A stretch of DNA of 64,000 bases from Eledone cirrhosa (GCA_964016885.1 OZ024740.1:113894001-113958000); one strand, 5' to 3'. Positions 38,236-54,000 are shown, counted from the stretch's first letter. The notes: generated from the sequence alone by a model not told the origin. Program-made: numbers and translations.

Positions 38236-39142
38236 TATTCTTACATTATTGGCCCCCACGCCCGAAATATAAAGGACAATACAAAATAATAGAGACAGCG
38301 GGAATTTTCATAAAAACGTGTAAAAGTAAATAAAAAATATAGCAATTTAATAATAAAAAATAACAGAACCTCCTAATAGTGGGGAGTATCACCCTGGAGT
38401 ATTTTCGTAGCCCCACCGATCCTAAACCAGCCTAATCGCCAAGAGCACCTTCTCAAGCCTACATATGCTATCTTTGCTCCATTTTCCCATTATTAACATA
38501 TATCTTGGGGACAGTACTTCCTTCTCGACGCTCACCATCCTTTCTAGCGGAACTTAAAAAATGGATGTGTGCTTTGCCGAAGATAAATACGTGTGTCTTC
38601 AGTATTTCCATCACACAACTTCTTTCGCCACCAGAGTAAACCTTCCTATTCTTATCGAACGAAAGAAGGCTAAGGGGTGATTTTTCCTGATGCTGTCGGT
38701 CAATAGCTGGATCCGTCTTACACGTGACACCAGCTTTTCGACAAAACTCCACAAGTGAGAAATGCTCGGATACTGGACGAGTGCGTACAGAACAGTTTCG
38801 TCATTCTGCGCATATCTCACACAGGTCCATCTGACAGCATTCCCATACCTGTAGAGTTTATCTCGAACCGGAAGTGTCCATCGGTGACAATGCCAGGCCA
38901 GGGGTTTCTGGAAATTATTCATTGACCCCGTTACGAACGTTCGCCAGTGCATACTAGCAACTTCATTTTCTCCAAGTTCTACAGTCTCGCCGAGAGCGTC
39001 ACCGCACTTGCCGGCCATTAGGCGTCTATATAACTCTAGCTTGGAATGGAATTTTCACTAACCACATTGCCCAGATGGTAGAAGCAGTGAGTATATGACA
39101 ATATTCCAAATGCCAGGCGTTCAGACTCAGTTTTTGCTTGAC
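38236..39142 (-). mobile_element. Old Tx1-type LINE 3' fragment
   Basis: MNNFQKPLAWHCHRWTLPVRDKLYRYG..ETVLYALVQ is homologous to the C-termini of the two Tx1 copies. Confidence 0.85.
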
Positions 39143-39369
39143 TCAAAATTGTGTGACATGATGTTTATGAATATATGTCAATTTTCTTTTCATCTTTTGG
39201 TCATGGACATATAGAATAATTACGATCCCGCTGACATTGTCAGTATATACGTACATACACACAATATTACATACATACATCCATACATACATAAATGTAT
39301 ACATACATACATACATACATATACACACATAAGTATATATGTATATTTATATCAGCGCACACACTCGTC

Positions 39370-40558
<1,189 letters not shown>

Positions 40559-40665
40559 ATAATAATAAATTTGAAGACTAAAATCCAAAGAGGGCTCGAT
40601 AAGGATAAATATATATCAAATATATAAGAACCGTAGAGCAAATATTTATTATATCTGTTATTTTA

Positions 40666-40726
<61 letters not shown>

Positions 40727-40728
<2 letters not shown>

Positions 40729-41073
40729 GAAATTTCGTTTTAATTTTATTTCAACTTATCGTTTTCGGTATGCCTGACCGACTTAGCTCACTCGATATGC
40801 AAATTAGGCTGCTCAGCCGTTAATTTTCATAAGGAAAGTATATACTTTCGAACGTTCAACTATCTGGCAGATAGGTATACGGTGCTGATGATAGCTAACA
40901 AGCTTGAAACTAGTACATCGTTCCTGTGTCAGTGTTGAACAAAAAGGTGACGTCGTTGCCTTAACACCGTGCGGCATAAAAATTCAGGCTGTTCAGTTTG
41001 TTTACAAGCGAACAAAGCGGCGTTATAATAAGCGTCCGCTAAACTGATACGTGCATATATGTATGTGTACCTG

Positions 41074-41135
<62 letters not shown>

Positions 41136-41383
41136 CATGCTACTGTACGTCTGTATACATATATGTATGTACGTATACATGCATACTTACATTTAAGTAA
41201 GTGCCGTACTAAGAGTGAGAAATGAAATTTCGTTTTCATTTTATTTCAACTTATCGTTTTCGGTATGCCTGACCGACTTAGCTCACTCGATATGCAAATT
41301 AGGCTGCTCAGCCGTTAATTTTCATAAGGAAAGTATATACTTTCGAACGTTCAACTATCTGGCAGATGGGTATACGGTGCTGA

Positions 41384-41387
<4 letters not shown>
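40727..41387 (+). repeat. About 165-bp direct repeat (40727-40892 / 41222-41387), pLTR-like, in (TA)n
   Basis: Near-identical copies. The second stops at CTGATGA and runs into (TA)n. Confidence 0.85.
40880..40920 (+). ncRNA. Minimal type-I hammerhead ribozyme with palindromic stem III
   Basis: CGGTG-CTGATGA-tAGCTaacaAGCTt-GAAA-CTAG-TA-CATCG. GUA site, cleavage after 40915. Confidence 0.8.
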
Positions 41388-41419
<32 letters not shown>

Positions 41420-41424
41420 TGATG

Positions 41425-41455
<31 letters not shown>

Positions 41456-41539
41456 GGAGGTGAGTTTTATTGTAGTACAATAAAGCAATGCAGATATCGG
41501 ATAAGAAGCACTCTACAGTTTGTGGGACTGGAGTATACA

Positions 41540-41865
41540 TAATATAAGATCAAAAGATGGTTAAAGGAGTTCAATATATTTTATTATGCGCATTTCAAAA
41601 ACAAACATCATCAAACAATAATATTTGTGTTTTCATCAGATAAAACAGGAGAACATGATATGAAGGCTAAAAAAACACTTGTTGATAGTGCAGTTGATGT
41701 TGATTTAAAACTGCACTATCAACAAGTGTTTTTTTAGCCTTCATATCATGTTCTCCTGTTTTATCTGATGAAAACACAAATATTATTGTTTGATGATGTT
41801 TGTTTTTGAAATGCGCATAATAAAATATATTGAACTCCTTTAACCATCTTTTGATCTTATATTAT
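41540..41865. repeat. Essentially perfect about 155-bp-arm inverted repeat in (TA)n, one hammerhead per arm
   Basis: 41540-41695 is the reverse complement of 41709-41865. Confidence 0.9.
41759..41825 (+). ncRNA. Type-I hammerhead ribozyme (mirror copy at 41579-41645 on the minus strand)
   Basis: TTTTAT-CTGATGA-16-bp stem II-GAAA-TGCGCA-TA-ATAAAA. AUA site, cleavage after 41819. Confidence 0.85.
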
Positions 41866-41890
41866 ATATATATATATATATATATGCTGA

Positions 41891-41940
<50 letters not shown>

Positions 41941-42951
41941 TGATGATATATATATATATATATATAATCAAGGTTTAGCAAATAAGAAAAAGTTTTAAAA
42001 TAAATTTTTAAAAGTTCACTGTACCTGGTATATTTACCCTTACCGCTCGGTTTCAAGTCTCAAAATAAATGGATAATCCATGCGGAAATTCATTGAGAAG
42101 AAGACTTTCGTCACTCGGCGAATATAAAATTCACGAGTTCAAATCACGAACTGGCGCCATACAGAACTGTTCCCGGATGAGAGTATAGGATGAAGAAACA
42201 ATTTTGTCTAGTGCCGTGTGTAAAGATAGAAGGCAGAGGCGGAAAGGTCAATGTACTGCCACTAGAAATAGCAGCAGTTAAAACGACCAAAATGTTATCT
42301 CGACCTATATATATATATATGAGCGTGAGTGTGTGTGTATATGTGTGTGTGTGTTCAAACCTATTAGACACAACAAACTGTATCTTACGCATTGTCAACA
42401 AAATATCAACCATGGAACGATACATCAATCATGATATAAGCTTATACACGTAGGTAAACACCGAAATAATTCCATCAAACATACACAAATATACATCATT
42501 TGTACTGAGGAATAGATAAAATTCTCATTCTTAAATGCAGGAACAAATACACATTCACTTTTTAATAAATATTCGTAGAGAAACCTCGAAAATCAGACTT
42601 GCAGAAACAAGTATAAATAAAAAAAAAAGAAGAAAAAGGTACATCACATAAATCTAAAAATATTCTAATGATAGATCTGAAGGAAAAATGATAAATATAT
42701 GAAGAATTTGACAAAATAATAAGAATGTTTTCATGCGAATATTCAAATAAAGTAAAGAAAAATTAAGTAAAGTTAAAATTTCTGAGACAAAAATTTGGGA
42801 AAATAAGATAATGCATTATAGAAAAACTATATCATATAGGCTTCGTTAAAAGTTAAAAATACGCTCTGTCGACATCAAACGTTTGTAACGAGTGAAGTTA
42901 TGAATTTTTAATAAAAAAAATCTAACTTACTTGCATATATACAAACATACG

Positions 42952-43055
<104 letters not shown>

Positions 43056-43399
43056 CGCATACACACATACACACACACTTACACTTACACATACACCCAC
43101 ATCTACACTCACATATATATATATATGGCGGAGAGGTCGGTGTATGTACGTATATGAGTTGCATTTTCTTCAAATTTCGGTTTGTGGAAAACAACAACAA
43201 TTACATTAAATATAGACCTCACAACAATAATTGGAAATAATAGAACGAAAGAACTTTGGAAAAACATTATGTGAGAATATATTATCATACAATACCGTTA
43301 AGGTACTCTATTTATTAAAAAAAGAACTAGGGAAACTATCGTGTAAGTTAGATACAAATGAAAAAATGAATACATATCCTTATACACATGTTGTTTCAG

Positions 43400-44150
43400 T
43401 TGATATGGTTGTTAATCGCATCTGCTGGTGTAGTTGGTGGTGTTCAGGCCGTCTCTACTTTTTTTAATGCTGCAGTATAATGTGGCATTGTTCTTGATGT
43501 TGTTGAGAGCCCGTTGTTGGCTGTAAACATGGCTTCGTGTCGTCTATTTTGGTTGTTTGTATCCCTACAAATATGCCACTTTTACTTCTATATTTACTAT
43601 CAGCTTGACCCAGTTGGTAATATGAATAAGGTCAAGGATTGTTTTGTGTTCTTGCATCACCTGAAGCAGAATATGTAGCTTTATCCGGGACCAATTTTGT
43701 CTTTTGCTACGCTTGAGTGCGTGGAGTGTATTTCTGGTTCTGAATGGCAACGCAGGCCAAGATCAAATAGATATTTAGGTCTCTTTGAACACCTGGTAAC
43801 TTCAGCCAGGCAGTTCTCTTAGAAGTGTATGTTGGATACAGGACAAACTCATTACTCCATGGAATATTTTTGCACAAGGGCTTCACTTTGGAAATGAATA
43901 TCGACGTTGGTAAATTAACTTGCTCATTGCATGCGACCACATCTAACATCATGTATTGAAGATCCTTCTCCACTTGAATAACTGTGACATATTCCTTGTT
44001 ATCACTTTAAAATGCATGGGGGTCAGTATGTATGAATTTCTAAAGTTTTTTAAGTGTGAATATGAACCTGCTTTTCATTTGTGGAATTTTATTATAAAAA
44101 TAGGTTTTTCAAAGAATCCCGGTTCTTTAAAATCCCTCAGCCAATGACCT
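43400..44150 (-). pseudogene. Highly diverged Tx1-type ORF1 relic
   Basis: EFVLYPTYTSKRTAWLKL and NWSRIKLHILLQ..TILDLIHI..LIVNIE align by eye to Tx1 ORF1 ELVFVPSSCGQKIVRVKV and NWSGIGMEMLIQ..AIPDIIDF..IPISVE. Confidence 0.55.
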
Positions 44151-44295
44151 CTGTCCATCCTTAAAATCACCACCTTCCCCAACTTCCAGAAAACATGCAA
44201 ATACCAACACAACACAATTCAAGTCGACTTTCCTGATGATTTCCTTCGAATAAACCAATTCTAGAAATTTAGAAGCTATTTCTATATTAAATGTG

Positions 44296-44466
<171 letters not shown>

Positions 44467-44974
44467 TGCGAGGTTCGCGCGTGTAAATGTGTGAATATAT
44501 ATACATGTATATAGTTGAACAAATAAAACAATACTCAGGGATGTAAAAATACAAAGTCTTAATAGGATCACGCTTGGGCGGATGTGGTAGAGGGTTCTAC
44601 ATTTCGGACGGAAGTCCTTCGTTTGGATATGGGGAGTTCGTTTAGGGAAAGAACGGGATGTATATGAAACTTTGGAAATGATGGTTAGGAAAAGATTATA
44701 AGTTTGGGATAAGTAGGAATGTAGTCCGGCATTCGAGAGTGGTGACCGAACTCATAGTTGTGGTTATGTGCTAACCCTTAGTCTCGGTCTTGATAAGCAG
44801 TCTAGTCTTCATGCAGCTGCTTCTCAATAGAAAAATTATAAATGAGTAGCTACCTATAAACTGTATATAGATACACATGCAGATATACATACATGCATAC
44901 GTAGGTACATACATACATACATACATACATATATACATACAAAAATACATGAGGTAACTTACTGACATCTACCA

Positions 44975-46850
44975 ACAAGTTCTTAAGGGAGATACACTTA
45001 TACCAGAATGGTCGAAATTAGCACAACCATTACTGGTCCCCAAGAAGAAAGACACTCACTTGGCAAAAATCTACCGACCCGTTGCATGCCAGAACCTGAT
45101 GTATAAGATGTATACAGTCTGCTTGAAACTATTCCTCCAAGATCACTGTAAAAATATTAACGTCATTAAAGATGAACAAGCAGCTGGAAAGAAAGGGGTT
45201 TGGGGATGAGCTGAACAACTCCTAATCAACAAAACTGCGATGTCGGAGGAATATGGCTACCGGCTGGCTGGACTACAGGAAAGCTTTCGATTCTGTTCCC
45301 CACTCTTGGATGATAGGGCCCCTCCAGCTTGTTAAAGTGCTAGACATTATTATGAGAGCCATAGAGAAGCTGTCTTCTTCTTGGGCTACTATCCTAAGGT
45401 TAAAGACAGAGAGGAAGGACTCTATTTTCACTGATAAAATAAAATATCGCAGGGGTATATTTCAGGAAGACAGTCTCTCTGTGATATCCATCCTGTCATT
45501 AAACCCCTTGTCCTTTCCGCTCAAGAAATGTGAAGGATACATCATTGGCTCACAGGACAGAAATACGAACCTAACCCATAAATTCTCTGTGGATGATCTG
45601 AAACCCTATGTCAAGAACATGGATGGGATGAAGAAAAATCTTGACTAGGTTACAACGTTCTCAAAGGAATGGACTTTGGCCAAGATAAATACTCATATAT
45701 GACTGTAAAGCGGGGAAAAGCAAAACCCCAATCTAGCAACATTGTCATCAATGGCCTAACAGTTTCACCGATATCTGATGAGGACTGCTACAGATACCCG
45801 GCGTTAGATGAGAACATATCCTATAATGGTATCTGTAGTAAGGAATACGTAACCAGGGAATACTATACCCGATTAAGAAAGATTTGGTCATCGGAACTCT
45901 CTGCGCAAAACAAAACAGTGGTTCACAATGTGTTTGCTGTGCCTGTCCTAACACCAACGTTTGGAATACTCAATTGGGTGATAGATGAAATCCGAGCAGT
46001 TGATGTTAGAACTCGAAAAATACTAAACAACACCGGAAACTTCCACATCAACAGTGATATAGACCGCCTTTACTTGAAATGTAAGCAGGGAGGCAGACGC
46101 CTAACATCAGTCCAGATGCCTAACATCTACGAACCTCGAAGCATAGGAGCCCTTCTCTCGAACAAGTCTATCTACATGAAACAGATAAGATCATGAGAGT
46201 TGGGAAGGAACTCCTCGAGATATATTCCCTGTGTGATAATCACAATCTCACACCCAGGGAAGTTGCTCAGTAGTATCGCAATGAATCCATGTATGAAAAA
46301 CTGCATGCTTATCAGATAAAACTCATGCATGGATACGTTGCCAGGAAGCTCCAGAGTGAGAGTAATATAGATAAGGAAAGTAGTCTATCTTGGACCAACA
46401 ACCGCTATATTGGCTCCCAGTTTGAAAGATACGCTTTTGCAATCCAATAACAGGAAATTAACACGAAATACCTGATTCACAAAAGAGATAGGGATGCAGG
46501 CAAAACACTTAGATGTGATAACAAGTACAGACTCTACAGAACTAACATCGAGGATATCACCCATGTCATCAGCAGCTGTCCAAAGATGTCATCGCGGTAC
46601 TATCTACCTATGAGGCATGATGTAGTGGCCAAAACACTGTACAATGCAATCCGTAGAAAAGATAGCCCCGATAATAAACACATTAAAACCTACAGCAATG
46701 TGGAAGACATCCACGTACATAATATGAAAGAGTACTGGTGGAATGTTCCAGTAAAAACCCCAATAAAATGCAGGCATAACAGACCAGATATTATGATATG
46801 GGAGTGGGAAAAGAAGTCATGCACGGTCGTGGAAATTACAAGTACAATCC
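44975..46850 (+). mobile_element. Third R4/Dong-type RLE retrotransposon, 5'-truncated and degenerate
   Basis: WLDYRKAFDSVPH, RGIFQEDSLS, VDDLK, IDRLYLK..GGR, RHD, HNRPDIMIW..VVEI. Confidence 0.85.
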
Positions 46851-47294
46851 AGTACTGGAACAGTAAAAATATGTAAAACATTCCAAAAGTTTTGCATCTA
46901 ATAACTGCATATACACATGTACGGATACAAAGCGTATATACATGTACACAGGTACAGATACAAAGCATATACACATGCACACATACAACTCAAAACAACC
47001 ACATCCACACATACAATAACATCAATATCTACACATGTAAGCATGCAGGCATGCATACATAATCTACCTAGTTGATGTTGAGTAAATTCCAATGTGAGAG
47101 TCTGGTGTTCTATATTAAAAATTATTATAACTGAATAAAGTGAAAATAAAATGAAAAACGGTGATGACCGGAGAAACGATGTCACAATGAAAGAAAATAG
47201 AGGATTGAAGGAATCTATATACAATTTTGTACACAAAAAATAATTCCATTGCTTTTTACTATGTATCCCATCAAATGTGAGGAGTATTATGCTA

Positions 47295-47344
<50 letters not shown>

Positions 47345-47346
<2 letters not shown>

Positions 47347-47702
47347 AAGGCGGGTAAAATTCCCGAGATCCATGGACGAGTTCTCTCCAGCGGTCTCTGT
47401 CCCTCATTATCGCTGCCATGTCCTGCGTCTCCAACAGACCAGTGTCTGTCCTTAGGGCATCAACATACGTTAACCTGGTCTTCCTCTTCTAGTGTGTCCA
47501 TGTAGGGGCTCCCAAAGGAGCACTGAGTGCAATGTCAACTCTGGATGTCGGTGAGCATGTCCAGCTAACCTCAGTCTCCTCTGTGTCACTTTTGAGCTGA
47601 CTTTTGGGATGCTCCCATACAGCTCTGAGTTTTTCATCCTCAGTGTATAGTAATTAATGTTCAGAGCCATCCTCAACATTCTCGTGTAGCACCCATCCAC
47701 CA

Positions 47703-47705
<3 letters not shown>
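47345..47705 (-). mobile_element. RTE-group LINE 3' fragment between (TA)n arrays
   Basis: DGCYTRMLRMALNI..RRLRLAGH..R..LLWEP.HG..RRGRP is the typical RTE C-terminus. Confidence 0.75.
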
Positions 47706-47754
<49 letters not shown>

Positions 47755-47758
<4 letters not shown>

Positions 47759-47928
47759 TCAGAATGGATCCAGTAAAAGCAAGTTAGAAAATTACTCACC
47801 AGAGTACTCGATACGCGGGGCAGTAGAGTGGGTAATATGAAAAGTTCGTGACACCGACGGCTGAGCTCCTGCCGTTTTAACAGCTAGCGACAGGAGCTTA
47901 GCCGTAGGGATCCCGAATGTTTCATATA
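47755..47928 (-). mobile_element. Diverged PLE-A-related short terminal fragment with inversion
   Basis: Shares agtactc..agtagagtgggtaata..ccgacggctgagctc with the PLE-A pLTR. TA-flanked. Confidence 0.7.
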
Positions 47929-48442
47929 TATACATTGCACATGAAAGTAAATATATTCTTATTCATTTTATGATCTTTCGTAATCACATACATCCATTCA
48001 TCAACAGGTGATATAACACGTGGCCTTTTGCCGATATTGTGAGAAACTATAATTTTCTAGTTGGTATAAGCTACCACAATGCGTACGAAGTAATTAATAC
48101 ATTCTCGATATTAGCTTGCAAATATTTCAACATAATAAACAATGCTACAATGCACTGTATAATAAATGCGCTAGAATATTTTCTACATTCTAACTCTATG
48201 TAGTCCCGTCTGTAATTGTTTCCTATGTTTAAACTTAGTTGCATTCAATGCTGCTGAAATTTTCAATTAGTCGCTTTTGACCCTTGACTGGTGGGAATAC
48301 AAATATTATTATATTTACGTTCAAATAGCACCTTTAATAGAATATTTAAGCAGCATACAGGATGGCACGCAGTCATCGACAAACGCACATACCGAAGAAA
48401 CAGACACACACACACACGCATATACACATACACACACATATG

Positions 48443-48604
<162 letters not shown>

Positions 48605-48732
48605 TATAAAAGCCCTGCTTAACATACGCACACACAGAAATACACATACGCACAAATGTTTTTGCGTGACATTCCTATCGTTCATGTGCCAAACTTGCGA
48701 ATGTGCAGACACACAAGTGCATACACACACAG

Positions 48733-48768
<36 letters not shown>

Positions 48769-51700
48769 AAACACAGATATATACACACACATGCACACGC
48801 ACACAAATTCATCAGGAAACTTCATGTTTGTCGTCTCGGTGATAAAACGCGCACTGAAATATTTGATTTGCGGTTCATATAAATTTTAGTACAACAACGT
48901 TTATGCTCTAGAAGATGGCATCAACCCTTCTGATATTAGGCGATATGAATTAGCCCCCTGAAAGGGTGTCAAGAACACAATCATAGTTGACAAGGCCAGC
49001 TATCACGTTCGATTAACTCGAACCAATACCGACGTTCCTTGTTGATTTTCAAATACTATATCCATGTTTGGGGTCGGTAACTTCTGATGAAAATTTAGTG
49101 ACGTTGTCGCAAATTACGGCGTCTTGAGCTTTTAAATCTGATGGAGACTATCCCACTCCACCACTGAATAGAGAAAGGGAGGAAGAATTAGCCGTAGTAC
49201 TTTATCACGAGATTGAATGGCTCTTCCAGCGCATCTCCCTTACCATCCTCCGGGGAAACGCCTTCTCCATTCTGTCTGCCGGGGCTATGGGGAGGCCAGC
49301 ACGTTGCCATACAGAGAGATGGGGAGGGCGAGAGAGATGGGGCGATGACAGTGGGAGTTCCGCTCTTCCACGTTCGGACCATGACCTTTTAGCTTGTTAA
49401 ATTGGTTAAAACCAAGCCAGAGCTGGCAAGATCGTTTAATGTTTCTCTATCTTTGCCATCGTATTTTATTAATCGAAATACAAAAAATGAACGGCAAAGT
49501 TGACCTCGGCTATGTTTGAAATCAGAGGCAAACAATGCATTCTCTACCACCTTCTACTGTCTCACTGCTAGCTCACCAACTCATGTGTAGGAGAGTAGTG
49601 TTTACCAAGTCGAATATGTCAGAAAAGAGTAAAACTGATGTTCTAACATGCGAAAGGTAAAAAATCGAACAGATAATTTTGATTTGTGGGTTTATTTATT
49701 TTAAAGGAAAGCACATTTATAGACATTACTAACTATTTCAATCCTTCTTCACAACTTTCCACCGGGAACAGGAAAGGGTATCACTGTTTACCTTAATCCA
49801 GTGAGGTGATTACTGTTGTGGGTTGTGTGAGTGTTTACATGTTTAGGGACGGTGTTAGAGAAGAATGTTTCGGAGACATGTGTCGATGTATTAACAACAT
49901 CAGGATGTATACATACATACAAATACACCCTAACACACACACACATAGCAAGATCTATTAATACATTTGCAAATAAACAAACACACACACACAAACAGAT
50001 CTATATATATTAACAAATATCAAATTCTATTCATACGGTCATTGGTGTGTATTTGTAATGTGTGTGTGTGTGCGTATATATACATACATACTCAAACATG
50101 AGTTCCGGAATGGCTGAGTGGCTAAGATTTTTGCTTTGGAATTATGCAGTCCTGATTCCAATTCAACCGCTAATCGAACAATTGGGATATTCATCGTCGC
50201 CACTGATGTGGGAGCTATTTACTGTTTTGTTTATTTTTAAACTTAGGCAAACGCATTTAACCAAGAATTTAGGTGTAGCATTATTCTTAGACAAATGTTA
50301 CATTTATAGACACTTAAAGGCAAAGGAAAGACTTAATTACATGTAAGTGAAGATATATACAAGTGGGTATATATTTATTTATGTGCGTGCGTGTGTTAAC
50401 GTGGGAGCTTGTGTTTGTGAACGTACACATGTTTTTCTCTTTATGCAAGAACTAAACCATTGTGTTTGTGCAAAGTGCAAACGTTATTAATCTCATAGTT
50501 GACGAACAAACTTACTGCTCTCTACCTCTCCTTCTCTCATCTCCTCTCTCCTCTCCTTTCTCCTCTCTGCTCCCCTCTTTCACTCTATCTTCTTCTTCTT
50601 CTTCTTCTTCTTCTTCTTCTTCTTCTTCTTCCCTCATTCTTTCTCTCTATGATGGTATTCAAAAGAACAATGCAATCTCAGCATATTATTGGAAACAGTT
50701 TCCCCAAATACTATTATTTAGTCAGGAACCATTGATTATATATAAAAGAGTTTGGCGATGGCTTGAGGAGCAAACCTTAATGAACCAGATAATATTTTCG
50801 CTCGCTATTGTAATAAACCACGAGTCATCAAAAGGCTTATTGACTTGTCTTCATTCAAGTCGATGTTTAAAATGAATGTTATCTTCTATCTTGCCTGAGA
50901 TATCTCTACTTACTTGTTCTTCTGGCAATTCTATCATATATGCTTTAGTTGCCGGTTTCAATAGAATCTCTCTCTGAAGAGATACTGTTATCGTCATTAT
51001 AAACATATATCCATTATCGGGATTTTCACATTATGACTTGAAGTATCACTTTGGCCTTAAAAGGTTTGCTTCTATGATTGTTTATGCGAACTGGAGAAGC
51101 TGTTTAAATAAACTAAGGTGTAAGTTCAAATTGCAGTCAAATTTAGTTTTATATGTTGAGGATGGATCTGTAATTTTTGATTTTCTTATTTTGTGTGATT
51201 ATTTATATTTAATTATTTTTCTTTATTTCTTTTTGTTTAAATAAGTGAAATTCTTCTTTATGTCTTCATAAAGGGGTTATGAATGAATTATTCCTTTCTG
51301 GATCTCAAGAATCGCATCTAACGCGACACATAGGATGCTCTTAAACCTCATACCGGAAATGGGACCAGATTCGCCTCCATATCATCATATTAAGGCACAT
51401 CTGTAGTTATCTAGAAATAAGGACATGGCAATATATTCTATCGATTAAGTTATCGTTTTTTCACGGCATTCGAGACTTGTGGAATGAGTAAGCGGTGTTT
51501 AGGCATTCAGAAGTCTTATACTAAATGCTTGGTATTAAACGGGCTGCAAACATTTGGTCTGTCTCTATTTTCCTCACCTACCTATATTTGTCTTTGATAA
51601 CACATTAAGCAAATTAAGATGATAGATATAAGTTTTCCAATAGGTGAATTGTTACAATTGTTTTAATAGATATGAGTTTTCCAATAGGTGAATTGTTACA

Positions 51701-52025
51701 ATTGTTTTAATAGAAGGCTTTCCTCTAAAACATAACTAGGCGAATATAATGATAATAATATTAATGAATATAATCATAATATAAGAAAAAGAACAATGTA
51801 AATATGTACTCATGTAAGAAAGATCCTTGTACTTCCTCAGAAAATTAAATCAAATAACAGAAACGAAAGTGCAGGATGAAGGTACTTGTCATTGTAGCGA
51901 CCAAATCCCAACTAAAATTATTATTCCAGTTCTAGTAATAGTTAGTAGCCTAAATTTTTAGTTACCGTTCATTCTGTACACATCTTTCAGTGATTATATT
52001 TCGTTTTCTGAGGATGTGCAAGGAT

Positions 52026-52066
<41 letters not shown>

Positions 52067-52070
<4 letters not shown>

Positions 52071-52262
52071 AACAAGTAGGACCCCGACAGCTGAGCTCAA
52101 GCCGTTTCGACGGTTAATTATGGACGCGTCCTGAATTAGCCATCGAAACGGCTTGAGCTCAGCCGTCAGGGTCCTACTCGTTCCTATTACCCACTCTACT
52201 ACCCTAAGTATTGAGTAGTTTGGTGCGTTATGATCCACCTGGTTCCTTACCACATTTCCTTC

Positions 52263-52266
<4 letters not shown>
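52067..52266 (+). mobile_element. PLE-A-related short terminal fragment with 5' inversion in (TA)n
   Basis: Same layout as 30150-30340. Confidence 0.85.
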
Positions 52267-52341
<75 letters not shown>

Positions 52342-52428
52342 CCTTATATATATTATGGAATATATAACCTTATATATATATTATGGAATACTGTTTGGCT
52401 TTTTGCTACAATATTTTCTATACCTTTC

Positions 52429-52479
<51 letters not shown>

Positions 52480-52579
52480 AGGAATGTGTAGATTGCTTGA
52501 AGGGTTGTGTATTGTTTATAGGAAATATGAAGATTGAAGGCCACGACAACAAGAAAATAAGAAGAAGTAAGATGTTATG

Positions 52580-52775
52580 TTACCTTATTATTGATCTGTC
52601 CTGATATTTCGAAATTGAATCTCTGTTCGGAGGGAAATAACAAGGGACAAGTCCGGATTCGGTGAAGGCGTTAACGTCATAACACGTTCACCGAATCCGG
52701 AATTGTCCCCTGTTACATTTCTCCGAAGAAGAAATTTAATTTCGAAATATCAGGACAATTAAATGAATAAGGTAA
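52580..52775. repeat. Degenerate inverted repeat next to (TA)n with a hammerhead-like motif
   Basis: Arms about 52583-52666 / 52687-52773. At 52720-52754: TCT-CCGAAGA-aGAAATTtAATTTC-GAAATATC-AGG. Confidence 0.55.
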
Positions 52776-53874
52776 GTGTGCCACCTGGATGTTTCTGTTT
52801 TATTTCAATGACGATATAGATGCACGTTTTTGAAGCAGTATACTTCGTCAAAAATTGTTTTTCATATTGTCATAAGGGGAATTACTCAAATTACTTTAAT
52901 ATAGCAGAATGTATAAACCCAATCCAAACGCATTACATAATGTATATTCTCCTCTCTATATTCCTAGTTCAAAACTTGTTTATAAGAAACAAGTATATGG
53001 GATATAGAGTGGACTGTAGCTCCGTCATTTTCTACAATGAGTTGTTCGGTCACGAGAATAGTTAATTGATTAATTTATCATGTAAGTGCTGAAGCATTTG
53101 GCAAGCATGTGCACCTTTAACTTACTTGTAAGGGAGCTTCAACCTCACACAGTGTGACAAGCCTGGCCCCTCCAGTCAGGAGTACAATTTATTTGGTGCT
53201 CTTTTAAATGGTTTCCCTCTACCAAATTGCACTCACAAAACATGTGTACGCGAGGCTATGGTACACGACACATATACCAGATGCCACCCATTAGGATCCC
53301 ACCCGGAACATAATATTTACGAAGTGAAGGTTTTATTATTTCAGTCGTGCTGCGCCCACGCTGATGTAGCTTATATAACTGAGATGTGTTAGTATGGTTC
53401 TAACATACTGAATTAAATAAGCCAAAAATCTCTAATTGGTACTTCAAATTCCACCTGGTGAGTTCCTACTGGTTGGCATCTTGGATAAATGTCGTTTATC
53501 ATAGCCTCGTGTAGACGCGTGACCTGTAAGTGAAATTTGGTAGACAGAAACTATTTAGAAGAGCATTAAACTATACTCCTAATGATTTATTTTAGTCTAG
53601 AAAGAGAGAAAGGTCAGCTGGTTTTAAATTGTCAGTGGAGTCAATAATTAAGTGAATCAGATGTCCATCTTCAAAGATTTGAGTTGCCATCCTTATTATA
53701 GGTATTATATGGCGTGTAGTAGAGTGGGAAAATCATTAGGGCGTTTAACAAAATACTTTGTATCATTTCTACTGGCTCTATGTGTTCTGCGTTTAAATCC
53801 TCTCCGAGATCAACTTTACCTTTCATCCTTGTAGAGTCGATAAAGTAAATTACAAACCAAGTACCAAATGTTAG

Positions 53875-54000
53875 ATAATTGTTTCATATTTAGGCACAAG
53901 GCCAGTAATTTTGGGGTAGGGGAAAGTCGATTAAATCGACCCCAGTGGTACTGTATTTTATCGATCCCGTAAGGAGGCTTGGCGGGATTTGAACTCAGCT
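53875..54000 (-). mobile_element. tRNA-derived SINE, partial
   Basis: Tail ggcacaaggccag, ttatcgatcccgtaagga and B-box complement gggatttgaactc. Confidence 0.75.

Noticed and set aside
42170-42215. CGGATGA..GAAACAATTTTGTC
   Set aside because: Stem III is plausible, but stems I and II do not pair.
49080-49145. CTGATGA followed by a hairpin
   Set aside because: No GAAA or stem I pairing, so not a supportable hammerhead.
51626-51713. 44-bp tandem duplication
   Set aside because: Only two copies, an ordinary local duplication.
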